Source: a virus
Direction: 5' to 3' (one strand)
Virus record (IMG/VR): IMGVR_UViG_3300023174_000074
Coordinates: 1 to 64,000 of that record
DNA: 64,000 nt
Positions 30,848 through 39,823 of the stretch are shown here, piece by piece. Position numbers and translations under genes: made by a program. The notes beneath the pieces were generated by a model. The model was not told the DNA's origin, searched no databases, and saw nothing but the letters and a program-made list of their open reading frames with translations. The stretch's first letter is position 1; every line of letters starts with the position of its first letter.

Positions 30848-31809
30848 AAGCAACAACCAGATTTTCAAAAATAGTATCATGCGAACAAATTGGTGAATTT
30901 GAGGACGAGTATGTATATGATCTCGAAATAGACGAGGAGGGTTATGATAATCAAACTTTTTTTGCTAATGACATATTGGTGCATAATTCTAATTATGTGA
31001 CCTTTCAAGAGGTAGTAGATTCTTGTGATTGGAAAGGTGATCCTAAAGATCTTATCCTACAGATAAACGAACATAGGCTAGCAGAATATCTTAAGACATG
31101 TTTTGAAAAGTATTCTAAAAAATGGGGTACTCAAAACTACCAGGATTTTGAGATGGAGAACTTGGCTATAAATGGTATATTCTTAGGAAAGAAGAAGTAT
31201 GTTACTAATCTGGTTTATGCAGACGGCCTACATATGGAGCCGCTCTCACAAATGAAAACAGTAGGGGTGGAAATGATTAAAGGTGGAACCCCACCTTTCG
31301 TAAGAGATAAATTGATCTACCTGACAAAATTCATTTTCTCTAAAGGACGTAGTTTTGATATCAGAGAGTTTGTGAAGGAGCTTAAGGAGATTAAAAGGGA
31401 TTTTAAAATACAGGAACCTAGGAACATCTCTGCTGCAATAGCAATTAATAACTATGAAAAGTATATCCTCAATGACGTAACGGAATTAGAAGTCACAAAG
31501 GGGTGTCCTATTCAAGTTAGAGCAGCAGCTTACCATAACTATTTGCTGAATAGATCCAAATACAAAGACAAATACCCGTTAATTAGAAGTGGAGAAAAAA
31601 TCAACTATTATTTCGTTAAGACTAAGTCCATTATGGACAACAACGTTTTTGCATATTCCCAAGGAACATATCCTTATGAATATGCACCACCTATCGACCA
31701 CGATATGCAGTTTACAAAGACCATATTAGATCCAATCAATCGATTTATTGAGGTTATGGGATATAATAGTATAAGTCCAAATTTATTCCTAATAAACGCT
31801 CTATTTTAA
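30829..31809 (+). CDS. split intein C-half (30829-30987) plus DNA polymerase B C-terminal fragment
   Basis: YVYDLEI...FFANDILVHN|SNY; KKKY, GVE..K..TP, GCPIQVRAA, SGEKI. Confidence 0.92.
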   Translation: MYREEIKATTRFSKIVSCEQIGEFEDEYVYDLEIDEEGYDNQTFFANDILVHNSNYVTFQEVVDSCDWKGDPKDLILQINEHRLAEYLKTCFEKYSKKWGTQNYQDFEMENLAINGIFLGKKKYVTNLVYADGLHMEPLSQMKTVGVEMIKGGTPPFVRDKLIYLTKFIFSKGRSFDIREFVKELKEIKRDFKIQEPRNISAAIAINNYEKYILNDVTELEVTKGCPIQVRAAAYHNYLLNRSKYKDKYPLIRSGEKINYYFVKTKSIMDNNVFAYSQGTYPYEYAPPIDHDMQFTKTILDPINRFIEVMGYNSISPNLFLINALF

Positions 31810-31813
31810 TATA

Positions 31814-32032
31814 ATGGGTTTCAACAAAAGATACATTCAGGAATTAGAAGTACTGAAGGAAAAAAGAAAGATGTACGCTTCTGATAATGAGTTTTTGGAT
31901 GCCGTTGTTGGAAAATCAGATGCACTAACAGGACCAAAGGAATCTGTGGATTATTTAGATTCTCTTTATGAAAAAATAAAATCCCTAGAGGAGAGGGAAC
32001 GCACCTATGGAGAACATACTAGAAAATTATGA
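31814..32032 (+). CDS. hypothetical protein
   Basis: MGFNKRY start; in operon. Confidence 0.6.
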   Translation: MGFNKRYIQELEVLKEKRKMYASDNEFLDAVVGKSDALTGPKESVDYLDSLYEKIKSLEERERTYGEHTRKL

Positions 32033-32258
32033 TTCGTATCGTAGATTCATTTTAGAGGAGACCGAATTAGTACTTAGGGAAAGAAAAAGATATATTCAGA
32101 CAAACTCTATAGGCTCTGTAACCAAGCTATTTAATCTTGATCAAATGATCGATTTCTTTTATCTGGAGGAAGAATATGAAATTGTTCAGGAATTAAGCGA
32201 ATTAAAGAAGGCAATAATGGTTAAACACTTTTTAAGAGACCCGATAAGTGATATATAG
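32007..32258 (+). CDS. hypothetical protein with UVR-like motif
   Basis: MIDFFYLEEEYEIVQEL. Confidence 0.55.
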   Translation: MENILENYDSYRRFILEETELVLRERKRYIQTNSIGSVTKLFNLDQMIDFFYLEEEYEIVQELSELKKAIMVKHFLRDPISDI

Positions 32259-32280
32259 CATAAAATAAATTACGCATTAG

Positions 32281-33741
32281 ATGGAATTAAATCGAATAAT
32301 GGACTTTTCGGAGTTTATAAACGAAGCTAGCTCAGTTAAGCCCCATGTTGTGATGCTAATAGGGGGTGGAACAAACGAATTCTCGAGATCTTTTGAAAAA
32401 GAGTGCAAAAGAAAAGGGATTCGTGTAAATGTCCTTGATATTGATTCTACTGAGGTTGAAATTGGCGAAAAAGGCCACATAATCAAAGAGGGTAAGCAGG
32501 TAGTTAAGATAGATCCAGCATCAACGGTAATTATAGCTAGATCTGGTGTTTTAAAATCGACCCACAACAAGGAGGTTCTTACAAAATTAGAAAATGCTAA
32601 ATATTTCGTTGTAAATAGGTTAAAACCTATGGAGGTGTGCGAGAACAAATTCATTACCTGCGACATACTAGAAGCTGCTGGTATACCTGTACCAAAATAC
32701 GCATTGGTAACCTCAGAAGATACCATGGAAGATGCGGTTAAAAAGATAGGTGGCAAATTCCCAGTGGTTATGAAGCTTCTTACCGGATCTAAAGGCATAG
32801 GTGTATCCATAGTGGATTCATTCAATTCCCTAAAATCGGTTTTCCAAACAATAAGAAAACTTGATGAAACCAGCGAGATTATGATACAGGAAAAGATCGA
32901 AGCTAAATACGATTTAAGAATACACGTTCTAATAAAAGATGTAGGTATAAAAGATCCAACCGATGCTGACAATTTTAAAATCATTGGAGCAATGAGAAGA
33001 AATGCGGTAGGAAAAGACTTTAGAACTAATTATTCTCTTGGTGGGACGGTTCAAAAGGTAAAGCTAACCAAAGAAATAGAAGAAGTCGCAATTAAATCAG
33101 CAAGTGTAACAGGGTGTAACTGGAGTGGGGTTGATATAATGATAGACGAAAAAGACGGAACACCATACGTTTTAGAAGTAAATTCTTCGCCAGGAACAGA
33201 GGGTATATCAAAAGCTTTAGGTACCCCTATTGTTAATGATGTTATCGAATTTGTTATGGATAGAGAGAATTGGGTATTACCTAAAACGCAAATAGGATAT
33301 TTGGAAGTGGTGGATATAGAAGGTCTTGGTGAAGTGGTAGGAAAATTTGATACAGGTAACGGAACTTTGTGCTGCTGCCTACATGGTGATAAAATAGAGC
33401 AAAAGGGTAAAATGCTTCATTTTGAAATAGGTCCTAAGAAATTCAACAAAAAAATAATAGGATACACTGATATTTCAGGTGGTATACATACTAAAGGCAC
33501 TAAAAAATACCCAACTATAGAGATGAATTTTAAATTTATGGGAATGGATATTACTGCTGAGGTAGCTGTATTAGACAGAGGACATAAAAGCACACCATTT
33601 TTGGTAAATAGAAAAACTATGTTGCCTATGAATATAATTATAAACCCCGATAATAAATTTATAGTTACTAAAAAACCAGAAGGATATAATCAATATAAGG
33701 CAAAAGGTAAACCCCATTCAGGCATAGAATTTAAAAAATAA
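32281..33741 (+). CDS. RimK-family ATP-grasp ligase fused to RimK-associated retropepsin-like protease
   Basis: NKF, VPK, FPVVMK..GSKGIGV, QE, DLR, FRTNYSLGG, GVD, LEVNSSPG; C-terminal KFDTG. Confidence 0.88.
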   Translation: MELNRIMDFSEFINEASSVKPHVVMLIGGGTNEFSRSFEKECKRKGIRVNVLDIDSTEVEIGEKGHIIKEGKQVVKIDPASTVIIARSGVLKSTHNKEVLTKLENAKYFVVNRLKPMEVCENKFITCDILEAAGIPVPKYALVTSEDTMEDAVKKIGGKFPVVMKLLTGSKGIGVSIVDSFNSLKSVFQTIRKLDETSEIMIQEKIEAKYDLRIHVLIKDVGIKDPTDADNFKIIGAMRRNAVGKDFRTNYSLGGTVQKVKLTKEIEEVAIKSASVTGCNWSGVDIMIDEKDGTPYVLEVNSSPGTEGISKALGTPIVNDVIEFVMDRENWVLPKTQIGYLEVVDIEGLGEVVGKFDTGNGTLCCCLHGDKIEQKGKMLHFEIGPKKFNKKIIGYTDISGGIHTKGTKKYPTIEMNFKFMGMDITAEVAVLDRGHKSTPFLVNRKTMLPMNIIINPDNKFIVTKKPEGYNQYKAKGKPHSGIEFKK

Positions 33742-33752
33742 ATAAAAACAAT

Positions 33753-33935
33753 ATGAGCAGTCAACAAGAAAAAACGGAAAAGATACAGGTACTTCTATCT
33801 GAGGAGGATTTAACAGATCTTAGTAGAAAAATCGCAAAAAGAGCATTGGCTAAAGGCGATGCACCGGTATCCATATCTCACTATGTTAGAAAACTAATCA
33901 GAAGAGATTTAGGTAAAACTACTGATGAGGACTAA
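33753..33935 (+). CDS. ribbon-helix-helix DNA-binding protein
   Basis: KIQVLLSEEDL...SISHYVRKLI pattern. Confidence 0.6.
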   Translation: MSSQQEKTEKIQVLLSEEDLTDLSRKIAKRALAKGDAPVSISHYVRKLIRRDLGKTTDED

Positions 33936-34213
33936 TCCTTATTAAAGAAGTCTTTAAAAGATAATACCCTGTTTGGTTCGCCTTGCTGGGTATTTTTTTG
34001 TTCCGACCCTTCTTCCTCAGCTTCCCCGCCTTTAGTCTCTGGTTCGATGTCTTCCACTGTTTCCTGTCCAGCCTCTATTTCTGAGTTAGCATCTTCTTCA
34101 TGCTCTATCTCAAGCTGATCCCAAGATCCTTGACCTTCTTCCCTTCCTATTTCGGGATTTAATTGCGAGGCATCCGTAGATATCTCGTCTCCTTGTAATT
34201 GTTCGTCTTCCAT
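33932..34213 (-). CDS. acidic hypothetical protein
   Basis: E-rich; C-terminal RVLSFKDF. Confidence 0.55.
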   Translation of the reverse strand: MEDEQLQGDEISTDASQLNPEIGREEGQGSWDQLEIEHEEDANSEIEAGQETVEDIEPETKGGEAEEEGSEQKNTQQGEPNRVLSFKDFFNKD

Positions 34214-34242
34214 TTAGATATATTTTAGATGATATATATTGT

Positions 34243-34560
34243 ATGAAAAAAATACTGGAATTCTCCGACTACTTGGACGATTTGGATCTTAATCCAGAGG
34301 AACAAGCTGAAATTAGAAATTGGCTAAAGAAATATGAGAAGTATTTCAATTTCCATGATAGCGGGAATTTTATGGATTCTGTTGATCAGATTACCAATGA
34401 TGCACTTAATCAGCTAGGTATAGATAAATCTAAGAAAGATGAGGTTCAAAGTTATATAGAAAGCATATATGACTTGTCTGATGGAATTTCAGTCATAATG
34501 GCACCGAATCCGGAGATTAATTATAATGGTATTGATCAGGTTCAAAGATTTCAGTACTAG
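34243..34560 (+). CDS. hypothetical protein with capsid-targeting-like N-terminus
   Basis: MKKILEFSDY; GATATATA at 34231. Confidence 0.6.
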   Translation: MKKILEFSDYLDDLDLNPEEQAEIRNWLKKYEKYFNFHDSGNFMDSVDQITNDALNQLGIDKSKKDEVQSYIESIYDLSDGISVIMAPNPEINYNGIDQVQRFQY

Positions 34561-34610
34561 CATTTGTGTTTTACATTTTATTGTTCTAAGTAAAGAAAAA
34601 TAGAAATTAT

Positions 34611-34640
34611 AAAAATTCAGATTCATCTGAATTTTTTTTT
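34611..34640 (+). terminator. intrinsic terminator
   Basis: AAAAATTCAGAT/ATCTGAATTTTT. Confidence 0.65.
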
Positions 34641-34682
34641 GTTTTCTGACTACAATAGAAATTAACGAATAATTTTTAATAT

Positions 34683-35618
34683 ATGAGGCCTACTAAAGCA
34701 ATATATGTTGATTGGTTTATGCCAAGAAAAAAAAGAGGAGAGATTAGCAAATTCAAAAAACCTTGGGAGATCGCTATGATCATAAGATCAACACATTTCT
34801 GCAAGGAGTATAATAACTTAAGCCCTATTTTATACTGTGATTCTGAGATCTATGAATATTACAAGGAAGTTGGATTAGATAGATGCTTTGACGAAATCAG
34901 ACCTATATTACCAACTATCCCTGACTTTGACCCGTCAATATTTTGGTCGGCTGGAAAATTTATAGCGATAAATGATGTTGATGAAAATTTTCTGATGATA
35001 GATTTGGATGCTGAAGTTAGATTCGAGATTGATTTTTCCAATTGTGATGTTTTCTGTGCTCACGCCGAAGGAATATTAGAAAACGATCTTGTACACTATC
35101 CAGATCCTGGATTAATAGACACGAATGGATACTTTACAAGCAAATATGGATTTAATTGGGATAAAAAAGCTTATAACACTAGTTTACTTTACTTTAAAGA
35201 CCTCCAAATTGCAAAAGAATATGCTACAGAGGCTTTGAATTTCATTCGCGGTACGGACAAAATAAACCCATCATTTGAGATCGCCTACATATTGTTACCA
35301 GAGCAAAGATTTTTGTATGAATTTTGTAAGTATAATCAGCTTAAGGTTTCCCGTCTTATAAGCGGGATATATCAACCGGAAGATAAACTGAGAAAAACTA
35401 AATGCTTTTTTGATAATTCTAATATAGACGAAATAACTGATAGAGGATTCCTCCATGTATGGGGATTCAAGAAAAAAATATTCAATATCGAGGACGAAGA
35501 GCAAGCTCTTTTCGGTAAGCTAATATCTTCTAGACTAAACTTGAAGGATCATATAATAGAATGCGTGATTAAGAACAAAGAATTATATGGGTCCAAAAAT
35601 ATACATCTTGATGATTAG
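34683..35618 (+). CDS. nucleotide-diphospho-sugar transferase-like protein
   Basis: FWSAGKF, IDLD (DxD), AYNTSLL, EQRFL, HVWG. Confidence 0.65.
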   Translation: MRPTKAIYVDWFMPRKKRGEISKFKKPWEIAMIIRSTHFCKEYNNLSPILYCDSEIYEYYKEVGLDRCFDEIRPILPTIPDFDPSIFWSAGKFIAINDVDENFLMIDLDAEVRFEIDFSNCDVFCAHAEGILENDLVHYPDPGLIDTNGYFTSKYGFNWDKKAYNTSLLYFKDLQIAKEYATEALNFIRGTDKINPSFEIAYILLPEQRFLYEFCKYNQLKVSRLISGIYQPEDKLRKTKCFFDNSNIDEITDRGFLHVWGFKKKIFNIEDEEQALFGKLISSRLNLKDHIIECVIKNKELYGSKNIHLDD

Positions 35619-35670
35619 ATATATACAAAATGCGGTACTCTCAATATATAAAGATCACCCTTCACTATCA

Positions 35671-36560
35671 CCAGAAGAGGTCAGAAAATATCAGGCGTTG
35701 GCCACAGTTAGCAGAATAAAAGGTTATTTATAATGAGATATTTAAAAACATATCGGGTATTTGAATCTGCACCAACCCTTACTGAAGACCAGTTTGGATG
35801 GCTTAATAGGTGCACACAAGGAAGCTGGAAACTGAATCACACAACTGGACTACTTGATGTGGATGGTTATTTTGGTTGTGACCAACAAGATCTAACGGAT
35901 TTTAAAGGTGTTGCATTTGGTCATGTTAAAGGAAATTTCTATTGTTATAACAATCAGCTTACTAGCCTGGTGGGAGCACCTCAGACCGTTGGTGGGGGTT
36001 TCTATTGTAACAATAATCAGCTCACCAGTCTTGATGGAGCACCTCAGACCGTCAGTAGTTTCTCTTGTGAGAACAATCGCCTCACCAGTCTGAAGGGTGC
36101 ACCTCAGAGCGTTGACGGTGATTTCTATTGTTATAACAATCTCCTCACCAGCCTGGAGGGAGCACCTCGGACCGTTGGCAGGGGTTTCTCTTGTCACGAC
36201 AATCAGCTCACCAGTCTGGAGGGAGCACCTCAGACCGTTGATGGGAGTTTCTTTTGTTACCACAATCTCCTCACCAGTCTGGAGGGAGCACCTCAGACCG
36301 TTGTCTGGAATTTCTCTTGTAACGGTAATCCGGTATCTAAAGAAACATTAGCATCTATTTTTGCACTAATGAAGAAAGGAAAGAGTTATCAGCAAGCTTT
36401 AGAAGAGCACTGGCCTAAGATGGGAAATGATGATAGAGCTCTAATGTATAAGCAAATGCCTAATCTGCCACCAGAAGAGGTCAGGAAGTACCAGGCGTTG
36501 GCCACAGTTAACAGAATGAAAGGTTATTTATAATGAGATATTTAAAAACATATCGGGTAT
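35671..36560 (+). repeat. ~90-bp direct repeats (35671-35760 and 36471-36560) flanking the LRR gene
   Basis: CCAGAAGAGGTCAG...GGTTATTTATAATGAGATATTTAAAAACATATCGGGTAT present twice, 800 bp apart. Confidence 0.9.
35733..36533 (+). CDS. leucine-rich-repeat protein (22-aa FxCxxNxLTSLEGAPxxV units)
   Basis: About seven 66-bp tandem repeats at ~35930-36330; N-terminus MRYLKTYRVFES. Confidence 0.85.
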   Translation: MRYLKTYRVFESAPTLTEDQFGWLNRCTQGSWKLNHTTGLLDVDGYFGCDQQDLTDFKGVAFGHVKGNFYCYNNQLTSLVGAPQTVGGGFYCNNNQLTSLDGAPQTVSSFSCENNRLTSLKGAPQSVDGDFYCYNNLLTSLEGAPRTVGRGFSCHDNQLTSLEGAPQTVDGSFFCYHNLLTSLEGAPQTVVWNFSCNGNPVSKETLASIFALMKKGKSYQQALEEHWPKMGNDDRALMYKQMPNLPPEEVRKYQALATVNRMKGYL

Positions 36561-36615
36561 ATTTATACATCTTCGAAACAAATAGTTTAACGCAATCTAT
36601 AGATACATAATAAAC

Positions 36616-36995
36616 GGGTCATCAAGGTATTGATTGGCAGAGTTCGTTCTTTGAGATGCAGGCAGAGTTAGTATCGGAAACTCTTAAATAACCTATACGA
36701 AGCTTTAAACGGCAAAAAATCAGTTTGGGACGTTATCAACGCGTTTGGTACACCCGTAGCTGAGGTTGAGTTAGCTTACGCTGCATAACCTCCGGAGTCT
36801 CACTTACTCCGTTTAAAAAAATGTGAACACATTACTTCTTAGTGTCAGAAGCAAAATATCATTCAGTTAGTTGAAGAAAAGGAACTGCGTTAACCCAATC
36901 TTATATTTTGTAGAATTAGAAAATTTTACTAAGCCTGTGAATGAGTCCTTTGACTATCTGAGCAAGACGGGGGTTCAATTCCTCCATGATCCACC
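36616..36995 (+). ncRNA. ssrA: tmRNA
   Basis: Acceptor stem GGGTCAT/ATGATCC-A with G3:U pair; T-arm GGGGG-TTCAATT-CCTCC; tag ORF 36711-36788 GKKSVWDVINAFGTPVAEVELAYAA*. Confidence 0.92.
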
Positions 36996-37052
36996 GACGC
37001 GATTTCGTACTTTAGTTTAGATATATAAACTAAACTAAACTAAAGTACAGAA

Positions 37053-37895
37053 ATGGCAAGAAAGGAACACAAATATCACTTTATTTACAAAATAGTAAAT
37101 ATTAAGAGCGGTAAATATTACATAGGTATGCACTCAACTCATAATCCAGATGACGGTTATATGGGTGGGGGAAAAAGAATTACCAATTCAGTAAGAAGAC
37201 ATGGTAAGGAATCTCACACCAAAGAAATTTTGGAATATTTTGATGATAGAGAATCATTAAGACAACGAGAAATTGAATTAGTTAACGAGGAGCTTCTAAA
37301 TGATCCAATGTGTATGAATTTGCAACCAGGTGGCGGCGGAGGAATAAGTAGTCCTGAGCATATGCAAAAATTTTCTAAAGCTGGAACTAAAGCATTTCAG
37401 GAAAAGCTGAAAGATGAGGTGTACAGAAATAAATTTATTGAGAGCACGAAAGAATGTAGGGAAAGGGGACTTGCTAAATACAAAGAATTGATAGAATCAG
37501 GGGTTCTTAAAATGGATTCTTTTAAAGGTAAAACACATACCACTGAAACTATTTCAAAGATGAAAGAATCAAAAAAATTTCATGGCATAGGGAATAAAAA
37601 TTCTCAATTTGGGAAGAAATGGATAAAGAATATAGAAACTATGGAATGTATAAAAATAGATTCATCTGAATATGAAAAATATATAGATTTAGGATGGGAA
37701 AGTGGAAGATTCTCAGATTCAGCTGGATCTACTGCTAAATTGACAGAATCCCAAGTTATTGAAATAAAAAATATGTTATCTGGGAATATTAGGGTATCCG
37801 AGATAGCTAGAATTTTCCAAATATCAATAACAACAATTAGAAAAATAAATCGGGGTGATATCTGGACCCATGTTAATTTAAACAGGTTGAATTAA
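37053..37895 (+). CDS. free-standing GIY-YIG homing endonuclease (Seg-like)
   Basis: FIYKIVN...YYIGMH, YMGGG, RE..L..N; NUMOD3-like FKGKTHTTET; C-terminal HTH. Confidence 0.88.
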   Translation: MARKEHKYHFIYKIVNIKSGKYYIGMHSTHNPDDGYMGGGKRITNSVRRHGKESHTKEILEYFDDRESLRQREIELVNEELLNDPMCMNLQPGGGGGISSPEHMQKFSKAGTKAFQEKLKDEVYRNKFIESTKECRERGLAKYKELIESGVLKMDSFKGKTHTTETISKMKESKKFHGIGNKNSQFGKKWIKNIETMECIKIDSSEYEKYIDLGWESGRFSDSAGSTAKLTESQVIEIKNMLSGNIRVSEIARIFQISITTIRKINRGDIWTHVNLNRLN

Positions 37896-37984
37896 AACAT
37901 AAGATTACTTTAATCGGAAGAATAATTTATGAAACAAATGTGTATAAGTAATATATAATAAACAAATTAAAAAAAAATAAATTT

Positions 37985-38284
37985 ATGCAAATTTTAATTG
38001 TCTTAGCAATTCTATTGGGCTCTTTCTTCATTGGATATTTGTTATTTAAGGGAAAGAAAAAACCAGCAGTAACCGTACCCGAGGTTGTAAAAGAAGAATC
38101 ACAAGTAACAGTAGAAACCCACACTATATCTACATCAGAATTAGAAAATCCGGAATCTGAAAAAAAGCAGCCAAAATTAAAAGCTGTAAAGAAGGCTAAG
38201 ACAAAATCGGTTAAAAAAGAGATTGTAGTTAAAAAAGAAAAAAAGTCAAAGGATAAAGAAAATGATATGCTTCTTTTAAGTTAA
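37985..38284 (+). CDS. membrane-anchored Lys-rich protein
   Basis: N-terminal transmembrane helix. Confidence 0.6.
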   Translation: MQILIVLAILLGSFFIGYLLFKGKKKPAVTVPEVVKEESQVTVETHTISTSELENPESEKKQPKLKAVKKAKTKSVKKEIVVKKEKKSKDKENDMLLLS

Positions 38285-38303
38285 CAGATAAAGAAACTAT
38301 ATT

Positions 38304-38336
38304 AAAAATCCTGCTAACTTTTAGCAGGATTTTTTT
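38304..38336 (+). terminator. intrinsic terminator
   Basis: AAAAATCCTGCTAA/TTAGCAGGATTTTT. Confidence 0.85.
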
Positions 38337-38412
38337 ATGATAAATTTTTTTTAACCGGAATCTTAATATAGATTTGTATAAAATAAAAATTGTACTAACT
38401 ATTAAAAAAGAA

Positions 38413-38808
38413 ATGGACAACAGAATTCACACATTAAGAAGGGCTACACAGAAAATGGGTATTAAATTTTCCCGTATGTTAAATCCGCGGGACAATTCAA
38501 AAATGGATCAAAGCGAAAGAAAAGCATCATATATTTTTAGAAAATTGTTAAACGATCCCGAATCGGAGCTTCTTATTTTTGGAAATTATTACATCAGGTC
38601 ACACGACAAGTCGATGCTTTTGGTTTTAGGCAACGGACAGATCTCTATAGTTGGATACAGCGTTCGGCTTTCACAAAAAACTGAAAATGTATTAGCAAAC
38701 ACATTCATTGAAGAGGTTGAAAAAAGGAAAAATCAAATGGAAACCGAAGATAATAATAATGTTCAACACAGCCTTAAGACGATAATAAAAAAGCTAAATG
38801 AAAAATAA
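38413..38808 (+). CDS. hypothetical protein
   Basis: ATG 38413 downstream of TAGATTTG -7 box. Confidence 0.6.
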   Translation: MDNRIHTLRRATQKMGIKFSRMLNPRDNSKMDQSERKASYIFRKLLNDPESELLIFGNYYIRSHDKSMLLVLGNGQISIVGYSVRLSQKTENVLANTFIEEVEKRKNQMETEDNNNVQHSLKTIIKKLNEK

Positions 38809-39100
38809 TAAATTTAATGCGATATTCTGGGTTGGTGTAATTCCCATTATATTTAGCCTCATAATCATAACATCGGGTATATTATACTCTGCTTTCGGAA
38901 CAAAACAGAATCACTCAGTAACAGAAATCACTTCTGCAAAACAGGATCAGCATAAGCCGGAAAAAGTTTATATTCATGACACCGTATATGTAAAAGTACC
39001 CCAGGTTTGTCATAAAGAACACGTTGAAAATAAGCCAGTAACATCAGGGCAAACAAAAGATGTTACCGACACTAATGATGCGGGCAATTCAACCAATTAA
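38798..39100 (+). CDS. membrane protein
   Basis: N-terminal transmembrane helix; IHDTVYV motif. Confidence 0.6.
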   Translation: MKNNKFNAIFWVGVIPIIFSLIIITSGILYSAFGTKQNHSVTEITSAKQDQHKPEKVYIHDTVYVKVPQVCHKEHVENKPVTSGQTKDVTDTNDAGNSTN

Positions 39101-39117
39101 AATAAAGCTAGTAACTA

Positions 39118-39777
39118 ATGCCAACCTTAGTATTCATATCAGATACCCACACTAAGCACTATGAAATAGACAGCCAACTCAAAGAAATCCACCAAAATCA
39201 CCCCGATGCTATATTGGTTCATGCAGGTGATATTTCATACAGGGGGAGAGTTTGGGAAGTTGAAGAATTTATCGAGTGGTATGCAAGTTTACCATTTAAG
39301 AATAAAATCATGATCGCAGGAAATCATGATTTTTTATTTGAGACTGAACCTGATAAATACAAAGAAATTATCGATAGACTAGGTCAAGATATAATATATT
39401 TAGAAGATAGCGGGATAGAGCTAGAGGGTTTAAAATTTTGGGGTAGTCCAGTAACACCATGGTTTCATAATTGGGCATTTAATAGAGTTGCCGAGAAAAT
39501 AAATGCACATTGGAATCTTATTCCTAATGACATTAATGTTCTAATAACTCATGGCCCGCCATATCTAACACTCGATGCTACTAAAAGTGGGCTTAGAGTC
39601 GGATGTCGCAGTTTATCTGAAAAAATAAAGGATCTCACTGATTTAAAAATCCACGTTTTTGGACACATCCACGAGGCTTCAGGTATAGTTGAAAAGAATG
39701 GTGTAACATACATAAATGCAAGCATACTAGATCTTTACTACGAGGTAAGAAATTCTCCAGTAATTTTAAGCATATAG
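39118..39777 (+). CDS. calcineurin-like metallophosphoesterase
   Basis: ISDTH, HAGD, AGNHD, ITHGPP, FGHIHE. Confidence 0.9.
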   Translation: MPTLVFISDTHTKHYEIDSQLKEIHQNHPDAILVHAGDISYRGRVWEVEEFIEWYASLPFKNKIMIAGNHDFLFETEPDKYKEIIDRLGQDIIYLEDSGIELEGLKFWGSPVTPWFHNWAFNRVAEKINAHWNLIPNDINVLITHGPPYLTLDATKSGLRVGCRSLSEKIKDLTDLKIHVFGHIHEASGIVEKNGVTYINASILDLYYEVRNSPVILSI

Positions 39778-39823
39778 TGAAATTTATTTAATGAACTATT
39801 CTAGAACTATTATAACTTAAGTC

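Noticed and set aside
32277-32984. 235-aa minus-strand ORF and similar antisense ORFs across the window
   Set aside because: Fully antisense to well-supported genes, with no motifs
35930-36330. Diversity-generating retroelement or CRISPR array in the 66-bp repeats
   Set aside because: Repeats are in-frame coding units with no spacers. Variable sites often involve A, but synonymous A positions (GCA, GGA) are conserved, and no reverse transcriptase or template repeat is in the window
36960-36995. Stand-alone tRNA
   Set aside because: It is the 3' tRNA-like arm of the tmRNA; no anticodon arm
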